Below, piece by piece: positions 34,963 to 51,477 of a DNA stretch of 64,000 bases. Each line of letters begins with the position of its first letter. The stretch's first letter is position 1. The stretch is from the human T2T-CHM13v2.0 reference genome, Homo sapiens. The notes below the pieces were generated by a model. That model was given only the letters and a program-made list of their open reading frames with translations. It had not been told where the DNA came from and did no database searches. Made by a program: the position numbers and the translations under genes. The DNA is taken from assembly GCF_009914755.1 (NCBI RefSeq), contig NC_060930.1, one strand, 5' to 3'.

Positions 34963-36017
34963 GTATCAGTAGAGAGTGGTAGGCAATGAGTGCCAATGAG
35001 ACTGGAGTGGTGACATTCCAAGCATAGAAAAGAGACTGTGCAGAGCACAGAGGAAGATGTGGAGATCCCTGAGTAGTGTGCTGGAGTATGAGATACAAGG
35101 GCCAGGGGACAACTGGAGATGAGGATGGACAAGGGCTGGGTGGAGACTCTGTGGGGGCTCTTAACCTTCTGTAGATTAGTTTTTTTTTTTTGTAGGTACC
35201 GGTGTTTTTGAGAGTGAAAGCAGGTCCTGACTACTGGTTTGTTTTATAGTAAATATCTCAATCCAGATCTCAGGTCTAGCTGAGGCAGGAGCCTTGGGCA
35301 AATAGTAAACAGGGACTGGAATTGGTCACAGGAGCTGTGTCATCACCCTTGCTCTTCAAATTATAAAGGAAGCCTAAACACACAAACTCCAGTGTGGGCC
35401 GGGCTGACTGCCAGATGTGCACAGGATCATTGTACAAAGTGGCAAGATTCTCTTGGATATTGGTTTATCTATTTGCTTAGAATGAAGAGAAATAAGGGTG
35501 AACTTGAAGTTTTTCTTGTTATCGTATTTTGACTTGCAAATCTGAGTAAAACTGATGGTGCAATCTCCTTTCTATGTGGGGCTGACCTCAGAAGAGTAGT
35601 GGCTTGTAGTGTAAATAAAATAGGAGCAACAGCAAACAATTAAAATACTGAATCCAGGTCACCTAGCACTCGGTGGGGTAAGGACTACTCAGACCCAGCA
35701 CTTGTATAACCCGTATAACTGGATTTACATGTTCTGGCCCCCTATTCAATGTCTGACAAGCAGTTTTAATAAAAAAAAAAAAAACTTTACATTTTTATAT
35801 ACCTAGTAGCATTGTTAATCCTGTTTGTTTCTCAATTCAGTAACAAACAGGATAAATAACAAATATTTATCAAATACCTTCTATGTGCTAGGTTAAATTT
35901 TAGGAAAGCTTAAAATCACCTTCTCCAAGGTGATTTTCCCAGCTCATTTCCAAAAAAACACTTGCCACAGAGACTTCAGAGTCTTTGAGTGAAAACTTTG
36001 TCATTAATTGATTAATT

Positions 36018-36820
36018 TTATTCATTCAATAGAGATTTATTCTGGACACTTACAAAGTACCAGGCATGATGTTAGGCACTGGCACTGGGAGTTTGGTGCT
36101 GAACACTGCAGGCCCTATCCTTGTCTTCGTGGAGTTTCCATGCTAGGGGGATATTGACAAATAATAATAGCATTGCAGTGTAGCATGATAAATCATTTGA
36201 ACGAGTAAATATAAGGTGCTTTGGGAGAGTGAGCAGGGGTTGCCTAACCCAGACTTAGAGGAAAGGCTTCTGGGAGAATGTCATATGTAAGCAGAGACTT
36301 GATGAAGAGCAAGAGTGGGTCAAAGGATGGAAAAGGGGGAGGATGGGTTAGGATTGGGGTGGGAGGCATCACAGGCATTCACAAGGTCATGTGCCAGAGC
36401 CCACTGTGTGCGTGTGGTGGTCCAGGGTGGGAGGTGTTGGGAGGGAATAAAAGCAATTTAGCTTGGCTATAGTGTGGAGTGTGAGGTGGAAGTAGAGAAA
36501 TGGGGCTGGAGCATTGCACAGATCCTGAACATACTTTGAGCTCCGTAAAGGTGTTTGGAATTTATCCTAATGCCAATAGGAGACTGACTTTCCTAGAACG
36601 ATCTCTGTAGCTGGTGTGTGAAGGATGGATGGGGTGAGGCAAACTGGAAGACAGGTAGACCAGTTAGGAAGTTTCCACAGTAATCCGGTGGGGAGATAAT
36701 AGTAGCCCTAATTAGGGGAGTGGCTGTAGGAATGCGGAAAGTGGCTGGAGTCCAGAGCTCTTTAGGAGGTGGATTTCAGATTGGACTTGGTGACTGAATG
36801 GAGGTGGGGGTCTTGGGGAA
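36018..36820 (-). mobile_element. L2 3' region
   Basis: ttcattcaa...atttatt...ccaggca...ttaggcactgg start; agaccagttaggaag and ggacttggtgactgaatgg are typical L2 motifs. Confidence 0.75.
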
Positions 36821-37399
36821 CTGGTAAGAAGGGGACGCTGTTCCTTGTGCAAACACAATGCTTGTCTCTGGGGGTGGGTATTATTTTCAGTGTAATTAAA
36901 AAAAATATTAAAACTGATCTAAGAAACCTTTAAATTGTCTGCTAGCTCAGCCAGGATACAGATGCTTTGGAGGGAGGAAAGAAATACGTTCAGAAGGGTG
37001 AATGCACTCCAATTTTGATTTTTCTCTCTCTCCTTTCAAATTTCAAGGCTGGTTGCATATGCCTCATTAGCTCACGGGAGACTGTGATCCTATAATCTTT
37101 TTTCATATTCAGAAAACTAGAGATGTTAAACTTCCTTGGAGAAGGTGATTTTTGCAGCCTTTGAATAAAAGCACTTCCAGTTCTACCTTTAGTTGAAAAT
37201 CAATGGTGTCTAATGTGTATGAGAAGTCACCCCAGTCTCTTGTGTCCAGGCCACCAGCACTTATATGTTATGCCTATCACTTTGAGTCAAATAATCTCTA
37301 GTGGTCCCCAACTGCTAAAAATCCCCATTCTCTTGGATCTTCAATTTTTTTCTTTTAAGTTGAGAAAAAAAATCTCTCCTAGAAATGTACATTTGATTT

Positions 37400-38700
37400 C
37401 TTGCTGAATTAATAAGTTTTTCTCCTTCTTAATGTGTCCTCCAGGTCATTAACGGAAAAATGTAGTCTATGATGCAGCAGAGCTCTGCCCTTTTTATTTT
37501 AATACATTTTAAATATATCACAATTGTCTGCACTCTGATAAAAGAATGTAGAGCTGGAATTTTAATTTGATTATCATCCCCAATCTTCCCAGGCTTTCGC
37601 AGGCAAGTACTTTGTTTGAACAGCTGTACTCCGGTAAATCTCAGTAACAAATGAATCAGGAATGATTTTGTGTAGCAAGTCACATGAAGGGAACTTCCTT
37701 AGAAAGACAGGTCATTAAGAGAATGAAGAAAGAAAAACTAGCAAACATTTGAGAAATTTAGCAACTGTTTTTTTTTAAATAAAGCAATTTGTTCTAATAA
37801 TTATTTCCTAATCATCTTAAAATACGCTGTCATTAACGGCAGAGAAAGCTCTTTATTTCCTTTTGAATTTTAATACTGGGTAGAAATATAATTTACAATG
37901 AAAGTCAGCAGGAAAGGAAAAATACTAAAAACGAGGAGGCATAAAAAATGGAAATAGATCCCTGTAGTCAATTTTCTATCATCTATAATTTTCTATCATC
38001 TATATGTGTGTTACCCATATGCTGGGGTGGAGTGGGGAGGGGAGAGGGAGGCGCTGTGAAATACATCTGCCTCCGATCACAAAAAGATCAAATTAACATG
38101 TGAAAAGATATTCCAAGGAGCTGTGGGAGAGAAAGGCTTTTGGCTTTCACCATCTTACCTACTGGATGGGTTTGAAAGCATAAAATAAAGCTAAACTAAA
38201 TTCAGGGAAACATTGATTCACCCAAGTGAATAAACAACTTACTGCATTTGCTAATCTAATTAATCAAACTCTGCTTCTCCTTTTCCAAAGGAGATTCACA
38301 GGCAGTAAAATAAATTAAATCAACATTTTTTTTTTCCCACTTACTAAAAATAAGCTTTCTTTCCCTGGGTAAATCGGTCATTTAAATTCCCAAGGCTGCA
38401 CTCCCGTAGTCCTCTGGCAGGAAGCAATTGTATGGGTATAAAATCATTTCTGTGCAGATTGCAGAGCTTGGGCTCTGAGCATCATGTCTGAGTTCTGCCA
38501 CCTAAACTGATGAATAAGATCAGTTTTAACTGAAGTTATCTTTAGAAACAAATGGCCTATGGATGATGTTGATTAGCAGATAAAAAAGCCTGTTACATGG
38601 ATGTTTTATGAAACTTAAAACTATATTGATGGCAGGAAACAATGATTTTGGAGGAAATCCTGGAAAATTAAGGATATTTAAAGTTTGAAAACAATTGTAA
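37400..38700. promoter_or_regulatory. Putative conserved enhancer-like non-coding block
   Basis: No recognisable repeats; two TAATYNRATTA sites, TGATTAAT, duplicated gtcattaacgg. Motif-based inference only. Confidence 0.4.
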
Positions 38701-39881
38701 TTGTGAAAGTTTAGACACGGAAGTCATAAAAAAATTTCAGTTCAGTAGTTTGCAGATCTGTTACTTAATCTTTTTAGTTAACTTTAGATCAGTAGAATAA
38801 GATTTAGTTTTAGACTGTATGTATATACATACGGCAATTTTATACATACATACATTTACGTAAATACAATATACAAGGAAAAGTGAAGGACAGAGTAAAC
38901 GGAGAAGAAAATGAATTAAAAGATTATAAAGTGTTGAATGACAGGCTTTATGTAAGTAAGGCAAAAATGTAACACAGGAATATCCTAGATAACAAGTTAA
39001 GTATGAGCTAAGACTGTATCGCTAGGTTTTTCATTTTTTAAAGGCGTTATACCAGGATGTGGATTTAGGAGGCCTGCAGTTTAGAATTGAGAAAGAGCTC
39101 ACTGTTTATATTAAGTTCTACTCACACTTACTGCATTTCCTTGTCTTTGTCATGAATGGGCACCCTTCCAAGGAAGAACCTAAATGGAAAAGTGCTTCCA
39201 GCTGAGTTCTTAATGCTACCACCTTCGTCATCTGTCTGGTGCCCTCACCTTGAGGATCAAAGGATCCCCAAGGATTGCCTTTCCCCGCATTTCCTTCTCG
39301 GATGGACTTATTTCCGTTCTTTTTAGTTTTGTTCACCCTAGGATATTATGCTCAAAACTAATTTACATGCTCAGCTAATCTTAATTAAAATGTAAAGGCA
39401 GATCAGGGCACGATCAAATTAAGTTCTGAATATACTTGGATAGTTGGGCATCAGTTTAATGGATTAAACAGTTCTTGGAATTGCTTCTCTTTCTTGACAG
39501 TAAGTCTTAGTTTTGCTGTCATTTCTTAATAGTCCCTTTTACTTCTACTTTCAAGCTGTGACTGAACATTCTCTTTTAACTTACAGACTCTTTTGCTATC
39601 TGGAAACCCATGTCCACCTCTGACTTCCACTCAAAATTGCTTTCCTCACAGTCTGACTGCGAGAGTTGTGAAAAATTGGGATGTGCTTCTGAGGTGGGCT
39701 GTGGAATGCCATGTAAGTTGCTACTTTTTTTTTTCTGAATGCAGTGGGTATTCATGCGCAGTAGGGATGTTGGCATATCTCTGATGTTTCCTTCTAAGGC
39801 TGGTGAATCTGGGTTGTTGCTGTTGGGGTTTGTAATGTAGTCCATGTCTATTAGTGAAGACACAGAGGGCAAAATAAGCAG

Positions 39882-40949
<1,068 letters not shown>

Positions 40950-41306
40950 AACTAGATTGGTTTCTAAGCATTCACTTTGTGATTTGTTTCATTATCTTTA
41001 ACATTCAAATTGGGGAATGACTTAACTAGATGCAGGCAAAGACAATATCTTGCTTACTATCTTTAAGGTACTGCCACCTAGATACTAGAGATACAAAGAT
41101 GAGTAAGACAAAGTATGTGTTGTTCTGAAAATGGTGGTTTATCTGTTACCATTTATAATGCTGCAGTATACTTGTTTATGTCTTCTAGATTGTGAGTTTG
41201 TTTGAGGTCAAAACCATGGCAGCCAAAAATTCCACATAGAAATTTCCACTAAATAGTTTAGAACTGAAAAGATAAACCATCCCAAAGTACTTTGCATTTG
41301 GTCAAA

Positions 41307-41617
<311 letters not shown>

Positions 41618-41888
41618 TGACATTTCCTAATAGCTATTATTGTCATCACAATTACTCCTTACTAATAATACCTAATATATAGATCTTGCACATCTCTTGG
41701 CTTATGTGAGCCTTAAAATTCCATGAGGTATGGAGGGCAGCAGATACTTCTGTATCTTATTGATTTGGGCAACCTGCCCAGATAATGCATGTAATTTTTC
41801 TAAGATTATGGATTTAGTAAGTTTTGCTTAAGTGCTCAGACACAGGTTTCCTCAGTCCAGATCCATTGTGCTGTTTGATAAGCTTTTA

Positions 41889-42236
<348 letters not shown>

Positions 42237-42329
42237 TCAAATGTGTGTTGCTTATGTCTACTTTTATTTTGGCTTAATAGAGAAATTTTCTTTTCTGACA
42301 TGCAGGCCTAGAGGTGAAACATGTGTGAC

Positions 42330-42615
42330 CATGCCCTTGTACACCGGCCTCTGCTCACCTGTTTGCCTCATTTCATTAAGTTCTCCCCCATGCCATTCAC
42401 TATGCTCAAGACCAGTGGTTCATCTTTTCCACCACAGGGCCTTTGCACTGCCTGGCCCTCTGCCTACAATACCATTCCCCTTTCCCCACCTCAACACCTC
42501 AACCTTGGCTTGGTTGAGTCTTATGCATCCCTTTGGACTTAGGCTAAAGGTTGCTTGGCCAGAGAAGACTTCCCAAAGAGAATGAATATTGTGCGACAAC
42601 CTCAGTAAATGTTTG
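42330..42615 (+). mobile_element. L2 fragment
   Basis: cacagggcctttgcactg...ctctgcct; ctcagtaaatgtttgaat end. Confidence 0.65.
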
Positions 42616-43830
<1,215 letters not shown>

Positions 43831-46800
43831 CTGAGACGCAGGGTTTTAATCCACCTATGGACCAACCATACTTACCTCACAGGGTTGTTATAAGGATTAA
43901 GGTAATTTACATGAAACTGCTTATTAATAAACTGTACAGAGAGCATAAGTATAAAATAATATTATTTCTCTAGTGTAACATATCTTTGACTGAAGCATAA
44001 AATCAAGTCCTTAATAAGTTGACAAATCTCCAGCTCACTTTATATGTTTTTAAAATGGTAAGGATATTCTTCTCCCCCAAAAGCCATTTTAAATATTCAA
44101 GATAAATTGAAAAAAGAAAAAAAGTACCTCTTCTATGAACGTGCTGCCCTCATAAATTTCTATCATCTTCACGTTTATTTTGTAATGGAAATATACAAAC
44201 AATGCCAAGCATAGAAATTGTAGTTTAAAACATGTGAGTGGGTTTTCAGCTACTTTTGATTTGTTTCTGATTTTAAGGCTTTGTTCTAATCTACTTTTTA
44301 TACTCTGGTTTCAACATGAATACAGCCCTCTTGTTTGAAAACAGACAATGGGCTTATTCAACCCTCAAGGCCCTCTACATTTGGTGTTTCTGCCACGGCC
44401 CTTGGTGGCTTTACCACATATATTATTATCTTGTAAAAAATGTAGACGTAACAGCTGAGTTGTTAGCAGAAGTCATAGTAGTTGTGTAAAAGGGTGTTAG
44501 TGTAAATGATTGTGGCAGTTGCATTAACGCTAATGCAGTGGGAATTATTCACGTATTCACTGAATGTAATCCTGGCCTTCCGTGGTGGTAAAGTTCCTCT
44601 ATAGAAGAGGAGAGGTCGACATCAATGTAATTTCAGAGGAGAAACAGCCATGTGTAGAGCTATTTTCCTATTTGACAGAAATGTTTTCCAGTATAACATC
44701 AGAATTTTGAGTTATGCTACTTAACTTTCCTTTCTTGTAAATATTGAATTAAAATAAGATATTGCTAGAAAAAGTAAAACATGACCCAGCATTGCAATGC
44801 TGAAAATTGGATTATAATTCTCAGATTGTTAGATTTCTGCCATCTTATAATTTATTCAAGAATATAGAGAATTCTAACGTAAGTGTCTTCATGCACCTTC
44901 TTACTTAAGTGATACTTCATGTTACCCTGAACTGTCCTGAATTTCCAAAAATCTCATGTTGGGTTAAGAGGAATTTCCTTTCAAGATACTCTGTCTCCTC
45001 TTCAACATCTTCTCAACCCTTTTCTCCCCACCCACACATACTCACTCATTTACACTTAACCTAAAGAGGACACTGATTTTAGGACACTGGAAATCTGGAA
45101 TCCTTACACTGTGTTTTAGTAAAGGTATGAGCCTGGAACTCCTGAAGGCCTTAAAAAATAGCACTGTAGTAAATAGAGCTTAGTTGGGGTAAACAGAGCA
45201 CCCCGGAAAGTAGTATATTTTGGTGATTCAAAATTTATTTCACTTCTCTGATCTGTGTAAGTATTTATGTGATCTGTAAATACTTCCCAGCCATAAAAAT
45301 TCTAATTTCATCTCTCAAGATACATAGTGGGCACTTGTGCAACTGTATTCAGGGAGCTGTCTGTTGGTTGGAGAGGGAGATGAAGTAGATTGAGGTGCAA
45401 ATGGCATATTTAATGCCGAAGCTGTTGCTTTAATTGGTGATGTTGAAAGTCACTTGAAACCACCCCCCTAGTCCTCAAGGGAGTTCTCAGGTTACGTGTG
45501 GGTGTACTGTGAATGCCTTTTATTTTATTGACTCACTAAATTCTTAGATTACTCTTTACCATTTGATATTGACAGACCATAAAATTCTTATGGAACCTGC
45601 TCAGTAGTGACTTATAAAGAATTATCTTGTTAATAAACTCAGCATCATTTGGAATTCAAGTTTAATTAAAATGGAAAAGTAAATGATGATGTAAAGATTT
45701 TTCCTCATTTAAACTTGTATCCTTTTATTGCCTCTCTGTCTTTTCTCTAAATTCAAAGATAGATTTTATTTGACACCCATTTTTGCAAGGTGCATTTTTA
45801 CAGAATCTGTTGTAGGACTTCTTCTCATTAGCTTTTAAATTATTATTATTTTTAAATTAGAGAAGGAGTTGTGAGATAGAGTCTGAGAGAGGTAAAAATG
45901 AAAAATCTATGTTATCCAGGGATTTTAGTTTTTGGGATGCTGTTTAAAGATAATGATTGTTTATGGACTCTTTAAAGATGTTTTCTCATAAGAGTTGCCA
46001 AGTAACAGATTAGTTATCTGAGGGTGGTTTGAAAGACCTTTTGAAATTGCCTGGGTGACAATACTACCTTATGGTACTTATAAAGCTCCTTTGAAGTTGG
46101 CCTTTTATATTAGAAAACCAGAAAATATTTTTCTTTTATTAAACAGAAAACAATACATGGTTCAGAGGTTAGTATTTTTTTTTTTTAGAAAAAATTACAT
46201 TGGTTATTTTTGTGATTGACTCCAATTTTTTTTTTAAATCTTTCAGCCTTTGTGGGCTACTGGATTTTTCTAAATTAAGGTTCTTAGTATAATACGTTTG
46301 GCTGCTCTTGTAAACTATAGTTACGAGGTACATACTGTTATACCTCGAAATTTGAGGCCCTCTTCTTTTTTCTCTTCTGTTTCAGACACTGTGGTACAAA
46401 ACCTGCAGCCCCCAAGCTTGGTTAAGAGAATTTTGGATTGAAATAAATATTGTAGGGCATGCGGCATTCCTGCACAACCCTTGTTATACACAGTCACACT
46501 GAAAGAACAGGTTAAATGGAAGGGGCTGTCAGGGGTCAGGGCTAGAAACTCACAGAGGCAGATATTGCAGTTTGGATAAGCAGGAGTTTATGAGAGTCCT
46601 CTTCAGTCCAAGCTTATCTGAGCTCACAAAGGAGATTTACGGTCTGTTGCTCTGCAAAAGCTATTTGGGCAGGCACTTTTCTTCCCAACTAGCTTTTAAG
46701 TGCTCCTGGGGCCCTCAAGCCTATTCACTTAGGCCTCTCAGATTATGAATACATAAACCTTAATGATTTTGGAGTCCCAAAGGAAGACATATTAACTGGT

Positions 46801-48303
46801 ACATCATCAAAACATGATGCTGCTAATAGAATGGACAAATACATCGTAGGGCATCACAAATTCACCCGTTTTCTAGTAGTGACTATAATAATAAGTTTTT
46901 GCAACCCGTAAAGAACATTTATTCTGTTCTAGCATTGATAGGATGACTGATATTGATTATAAATTTATATTCAAATAGTGGAACCAGTTGTTTGATAGAC
47001 ATAACCTCTGAGACCAGCAGTAATGATTTTAGTTTTTAATGGTTTGACAAAATATACAAGGCATTTGATGAATACACAAGTTGGTTATTTCAAGCATCTT
47101 GGAGCTTCAGTCTTCCCATATTCAATAGTGATGTAGACCATGCAGTCTGTTCCCCCTTTACAGGTATAATTTGTCTTTCAAAATAAAAATTGTGATTGTG
47201 ATTGTTACTAACACATTGTGTCTCTTAATATTCTTTAAATACTTCAATCTTTTCAAGCAACGTTTGGCATAACCTGAATTCCACTCAAAATCCCTCAGGA
47301 GAGAATAGAAACTGTCATATGAAATTGGTTATAATAGGATTTAACCTATAGAGTTCTGATTCTTTCTTCCCTTCAATTTTTATCAAGTATTTAATTGCCC
47401 ACTGGATGATTTATTTTAGAATTGGCCTACTTTTTTTTTTTTTTTTTTTGGCTTCAGTGCCTGTGGGCAAATGTAAATTTGCAGCTGAATTAGCAAACCA
47501 GGGATCTCTGTGTAACTTAATAACCACAACAGGGAATCAAGTAACTGATTTCCCTCTTTTTCTAGATTGGCCATGTGTGTAAGGTGGTAGAACTAGAATT
47601 AGGAGATAAGGGGGGGTTATGAGGAAATGATTAATTTCAAATTGTTTTATTAATACAAAAAGAATGTACATTTATTGCGGAAAATACAGAAAAGTAAAAA
47701 GAAGAAAAGAAAATCCATTATTCTTCCACTCAGAGAAGTTATGTGAATGTTTTGATATCTTTTATTTCAATCTTTTACTTTTTTGAAATATTTTATGCAT
47801 AAAAAGTGTACATACATTTCTGAAATAGACAGCAATAAAAGGCTGACCCATGCGTCTGCCATCCAGCATAGAACAGTCTCAATTCTGTTTTATCTTTCAA
47901 TTATTCCTCCTCACCCGTACCTCAGATACAACTTTTCCCTTTTCAATTAAAGTTAATTTCTCCAAAATAAAATGTAATTTTGATAATTTCAAACACGTTT
48001 AGTCTCTTAGCATATTTTACATAAGTCAGCATCCTGACATTTTTGTTTTCCATTTTCTTGTGTTCCTTCATGATTTCGCCATATATGTGTCCCTAACTAA
48101 TAATTGCTTTATTTTGCATGTTTTAAAGCTTCAAATACATGAAACTGTACTGTGTTTCTTCTATCGCCTTTTTAAAAATTAACGTTATATGTTTTGTGAT
48201 GTGCGCAACTTTATACATTTATTTTCATTGCTGTATAGTACTACTGTGTATGAATGTACCTCAGTTTATCCATTTCCTGTCAGTGTACTTGTGGGTTTTG
48301 TTT

Positions 48304-48730
48304 TGTAGCAGATTCTGTCAGTTCCTCACCCACGTCTTTTAGCTGTTTCGTGATGCACTCATCAACCTCCAGATGCATTATCTGCATCTGTGTCTAAGCG
48401 CTCTCCTCTCCATCCCAACTACAGAAAGCCTTGCACATCACAGAAAGCCAGGAGTGCCCCTGGGGGCAGGTCTCAACCAATGACTCTGGGGAGTTGGGGT
48501 GTAAATACCGCAGCTCCCTTGGATAATTGCAGTTCCCCTAGTTTCTCTATGAGACGATGCCCCAGTGACTCACACAGTAGTTGGTTTAATGGTACACCGT
48601 TTATTGGCTGCCTTTTCTTCCCTGTCTTACTCCCCCATACCCCTACCAGTTTTTTTTGTTTATTTTTTTCTTCTAAATAAACTTAATTTTTGTCTTAGGG
48701 TCTGCTTCTGAGAGGAGCTAAACTAAGTCA
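48304..48730 (+). mobile_element. LTR16C-type solo LTR (ERVL)
   Basis: tgtagcaga start; caatgact..ggagttgg..taaatacc.cagctccct; aaataaac; agggtctgcttctg...aaactaagtca end. Confidence 0.75.
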
Positions 48731-49109
48731 AGTAGTTTGCAGTTTGGGTCATTGCAAATAATACTGCTGTGGACATTCTTGTATCCTGGTACACAGAGCA
48801 ACTGGTACACAGTTTTTCTGGGATATATTCCCAAGGAGAATAACTGGATTACAGGGCATGCATATATTCCACTTCCTGAGTTGGTGCAGGCTTGTTTTTC
48901 AAGGTGGTTGGGACAAACATTCATGAGTAATGAGTAAAATATTCCTATCATTCAACACCATTGCAAACTTACCTTTGGTATTGTGTTTAGCATAGTTTCT
49001 TTTAATTTGTATTTCTGGATACTTAATGAGATTGTACATCTTTACATATATTATTGGCCATTTCTATGCAAATGAATATTTGCATTTGTCACTTCTTCTA
49101 TGGTCTGTA

Positions 49110-49239
49110 TTTTTTTTTTTTTTTTTTGAGATGAGGTCTCACTATGTTGCCCAGGATGGTCTGTTCTTGGGCTCAAGTGATCCTCCTGCCTTAGCCTTCT
49201 TAGTAGCTGGGACCACAGGCATGTGCCATTGTGTCTGGC
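49110..49239 (-). mobile_element. FLAM monomer
   Basis: Single left-type arm. Confidence 0.8.
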
Positions 49240-49364
49240 TGTAATTTGCTTTTTTGTAGGAGCTCTTTATAAATTCTAGGTAGTAGCATTTTATGTGTCT
49301 TTTAGACATTCTCTCCAAGTTTGTGGCTTGTCAGCTCCCTTTCTTTATGAGTCATTTTTAATGA

Positions 49365-49683
<319 letters not shown>

Positions 49684-49823
49684 ACAGCACTTAGTCTTTC
49701 ACAATTAAATGTGATGCTACTTGTAAGTTTTTTAGCAGTCCTTTTAACTGTAATGTTTGGATCATTTGCATTTAATGCAATTATCCAGATGGTTGGGTTT
49801 GAAATCCATTATTTTATTATTTC

Positions 49824-49875
49824 CTTTCTTTTTGAGAAGTGCTGGGATTACAGGTGTGAGCCACCATGCTTAGCC
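49824..49875 (-). mobile_element. Internally deleted Alu remnant
   Basis: Alu 3' end (tttttgaga) joined to the Alu 5' ~38 nt; TSD tattttattatttc. Confidence 0.8.
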
Positions 49876-51167
49876 TATTTTATTATTTCTTTTCTCTTTT
49901 CTTTCTCCCACACACTCCTCCTCCTCCTGTTGCATTTAATACTTCATACACAGAAGCAGAACTCCAGTACATTTACATGTTAGCAGTGTTTTGTCCTGTG
50001 GACAAGGAGAGGATTCCTTCCTATATTGGAATTGCCAGCTGTGTAGTAGATAACTGGAATAAAGTGTTTCTGATGGAATGTGTTTGGATATCACTCATGT
50101 AGGAAAAGCATAGGAGCGTGCGTTTGTAATTCTGAACACATTCAGTGGGTGGCTTTGTTTGCTAATAAGGTGGTTCTTGAAATGCCACAGAAGTGGACAA
50201 ATATGTTAGAAAGTCTGAAATACTTGAACATGATACCTACCTTTGAGGACTAAGTGAGACAAGTGATGAGTCGAGGCGATATCAAGGCGATAGGGGAACA
50301 TCTGTGGTAGCTCACTGGGCCTATGATCGCATTCTTCTCAGGTCAGAAGTCCCATGCGAGAGACCCAAAGCCACAGCTCGCTTCATTCCTCTGACGAAGG
50401 CAAGCTTGCTGCTCAGCTCTCCTACGTTAATCTGCCAATAAGTTCTGCAAAACTCACTTGGTTTTTTAAAAAACTAATTGAACTCACACGAAAGCTTTAT
50501 CAGTCAACCCTTAAGTCTTGCTGCCTTAAACAGATCAGTGTAAAAGGAGTTTTTGTAATGTTTATAGAATGAGGTTGTGTGAGGTCACTGAAATGGTGTT
50601 TGTTTTTCTTGCAGCTATTTCAGTGGCAGTTATACAAAGCTTGATATGCTTTGTTTGGGAATGTGTGATACTGTAAGCATGCCATTTTTGGTCTGTGCTA
50701 ACTGAAGCAACATTTTACCCTGTGTGTAGATAGTGTGGTGTATAATCATTCCTGTGATTTTAATAACAGAATTATAATATGTGAGACCTCAAATGGGTGT
50801 TAGACATCATCCAACTTCCTCACCACAGAAAAATATATAGGCAGGAAGAAATTTTAAAAACTCGTTTCATCATGCCAGCTAGGAAATTTTGGTAGATTAT
50901 GTAAAATAGAGATTCACCCACAAAATGTAATAGTAAAGTTTCAAGAATGAGAATGGCAGACGAAGTTTTAGGAGAATGTCTGTTGCTCAAGTGAGGCATT
51001 CAGTAGAAAGTAGTGGAAAATTGGTTGGGGGTCATACATCTAAGCTTAGGAGCATTATATGCAATCTTACAATATTCTCAAGGCCAAATCTCATGCATAT
51101 CTTTATGCAGCCCCTGTCAGAGACTGCGTTTAAGAAAGAAGATACTTTAAAAAAATGGTTAAAATGG

Positions 51168-51477
51168 TTTTTTTTTTTTTTTTTTGGAGACAGAATCTCG
51201 AAGTCTTGGAGTCTCACTCTGTTGCCCAGGCTGGAGTACAGTGGCGTAATCTTGGATCACTGCAACCTCTGCCTCCCGGGTTCAAGTGATTCTTCTACCT
51301 CAGCCTCCTAAGTAGCTGGGATTACAGGTGTGTTCCACTACGTCTAGCTAATTCTTGTATTTTTAGTATTGACAGGGTTTCACTATGTTTGTCAGGCTAG
51401 TCGTGAACTCCTGACCTTGTGATCCGCCAGGCCTCCCAAAGTGCTGGGATTACAGACATGAGCCACCACACCCGGCC
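51168..51477 (-). mobile_element. AluS
   Basis: TSD aaaatggt. Confidence 0.92.

Noticed and set aside
35157-35201. T-tract gtag|gtaccg as a recursive splice site
   Set aside because: Weak donor, intervening AGs, and it lies in an L2 remnant
38817-38832. 16-bp perfect palindrome gtatgtatatacatac
   Set aside because: Low-complexity TA/CA sequence, expected by slippage
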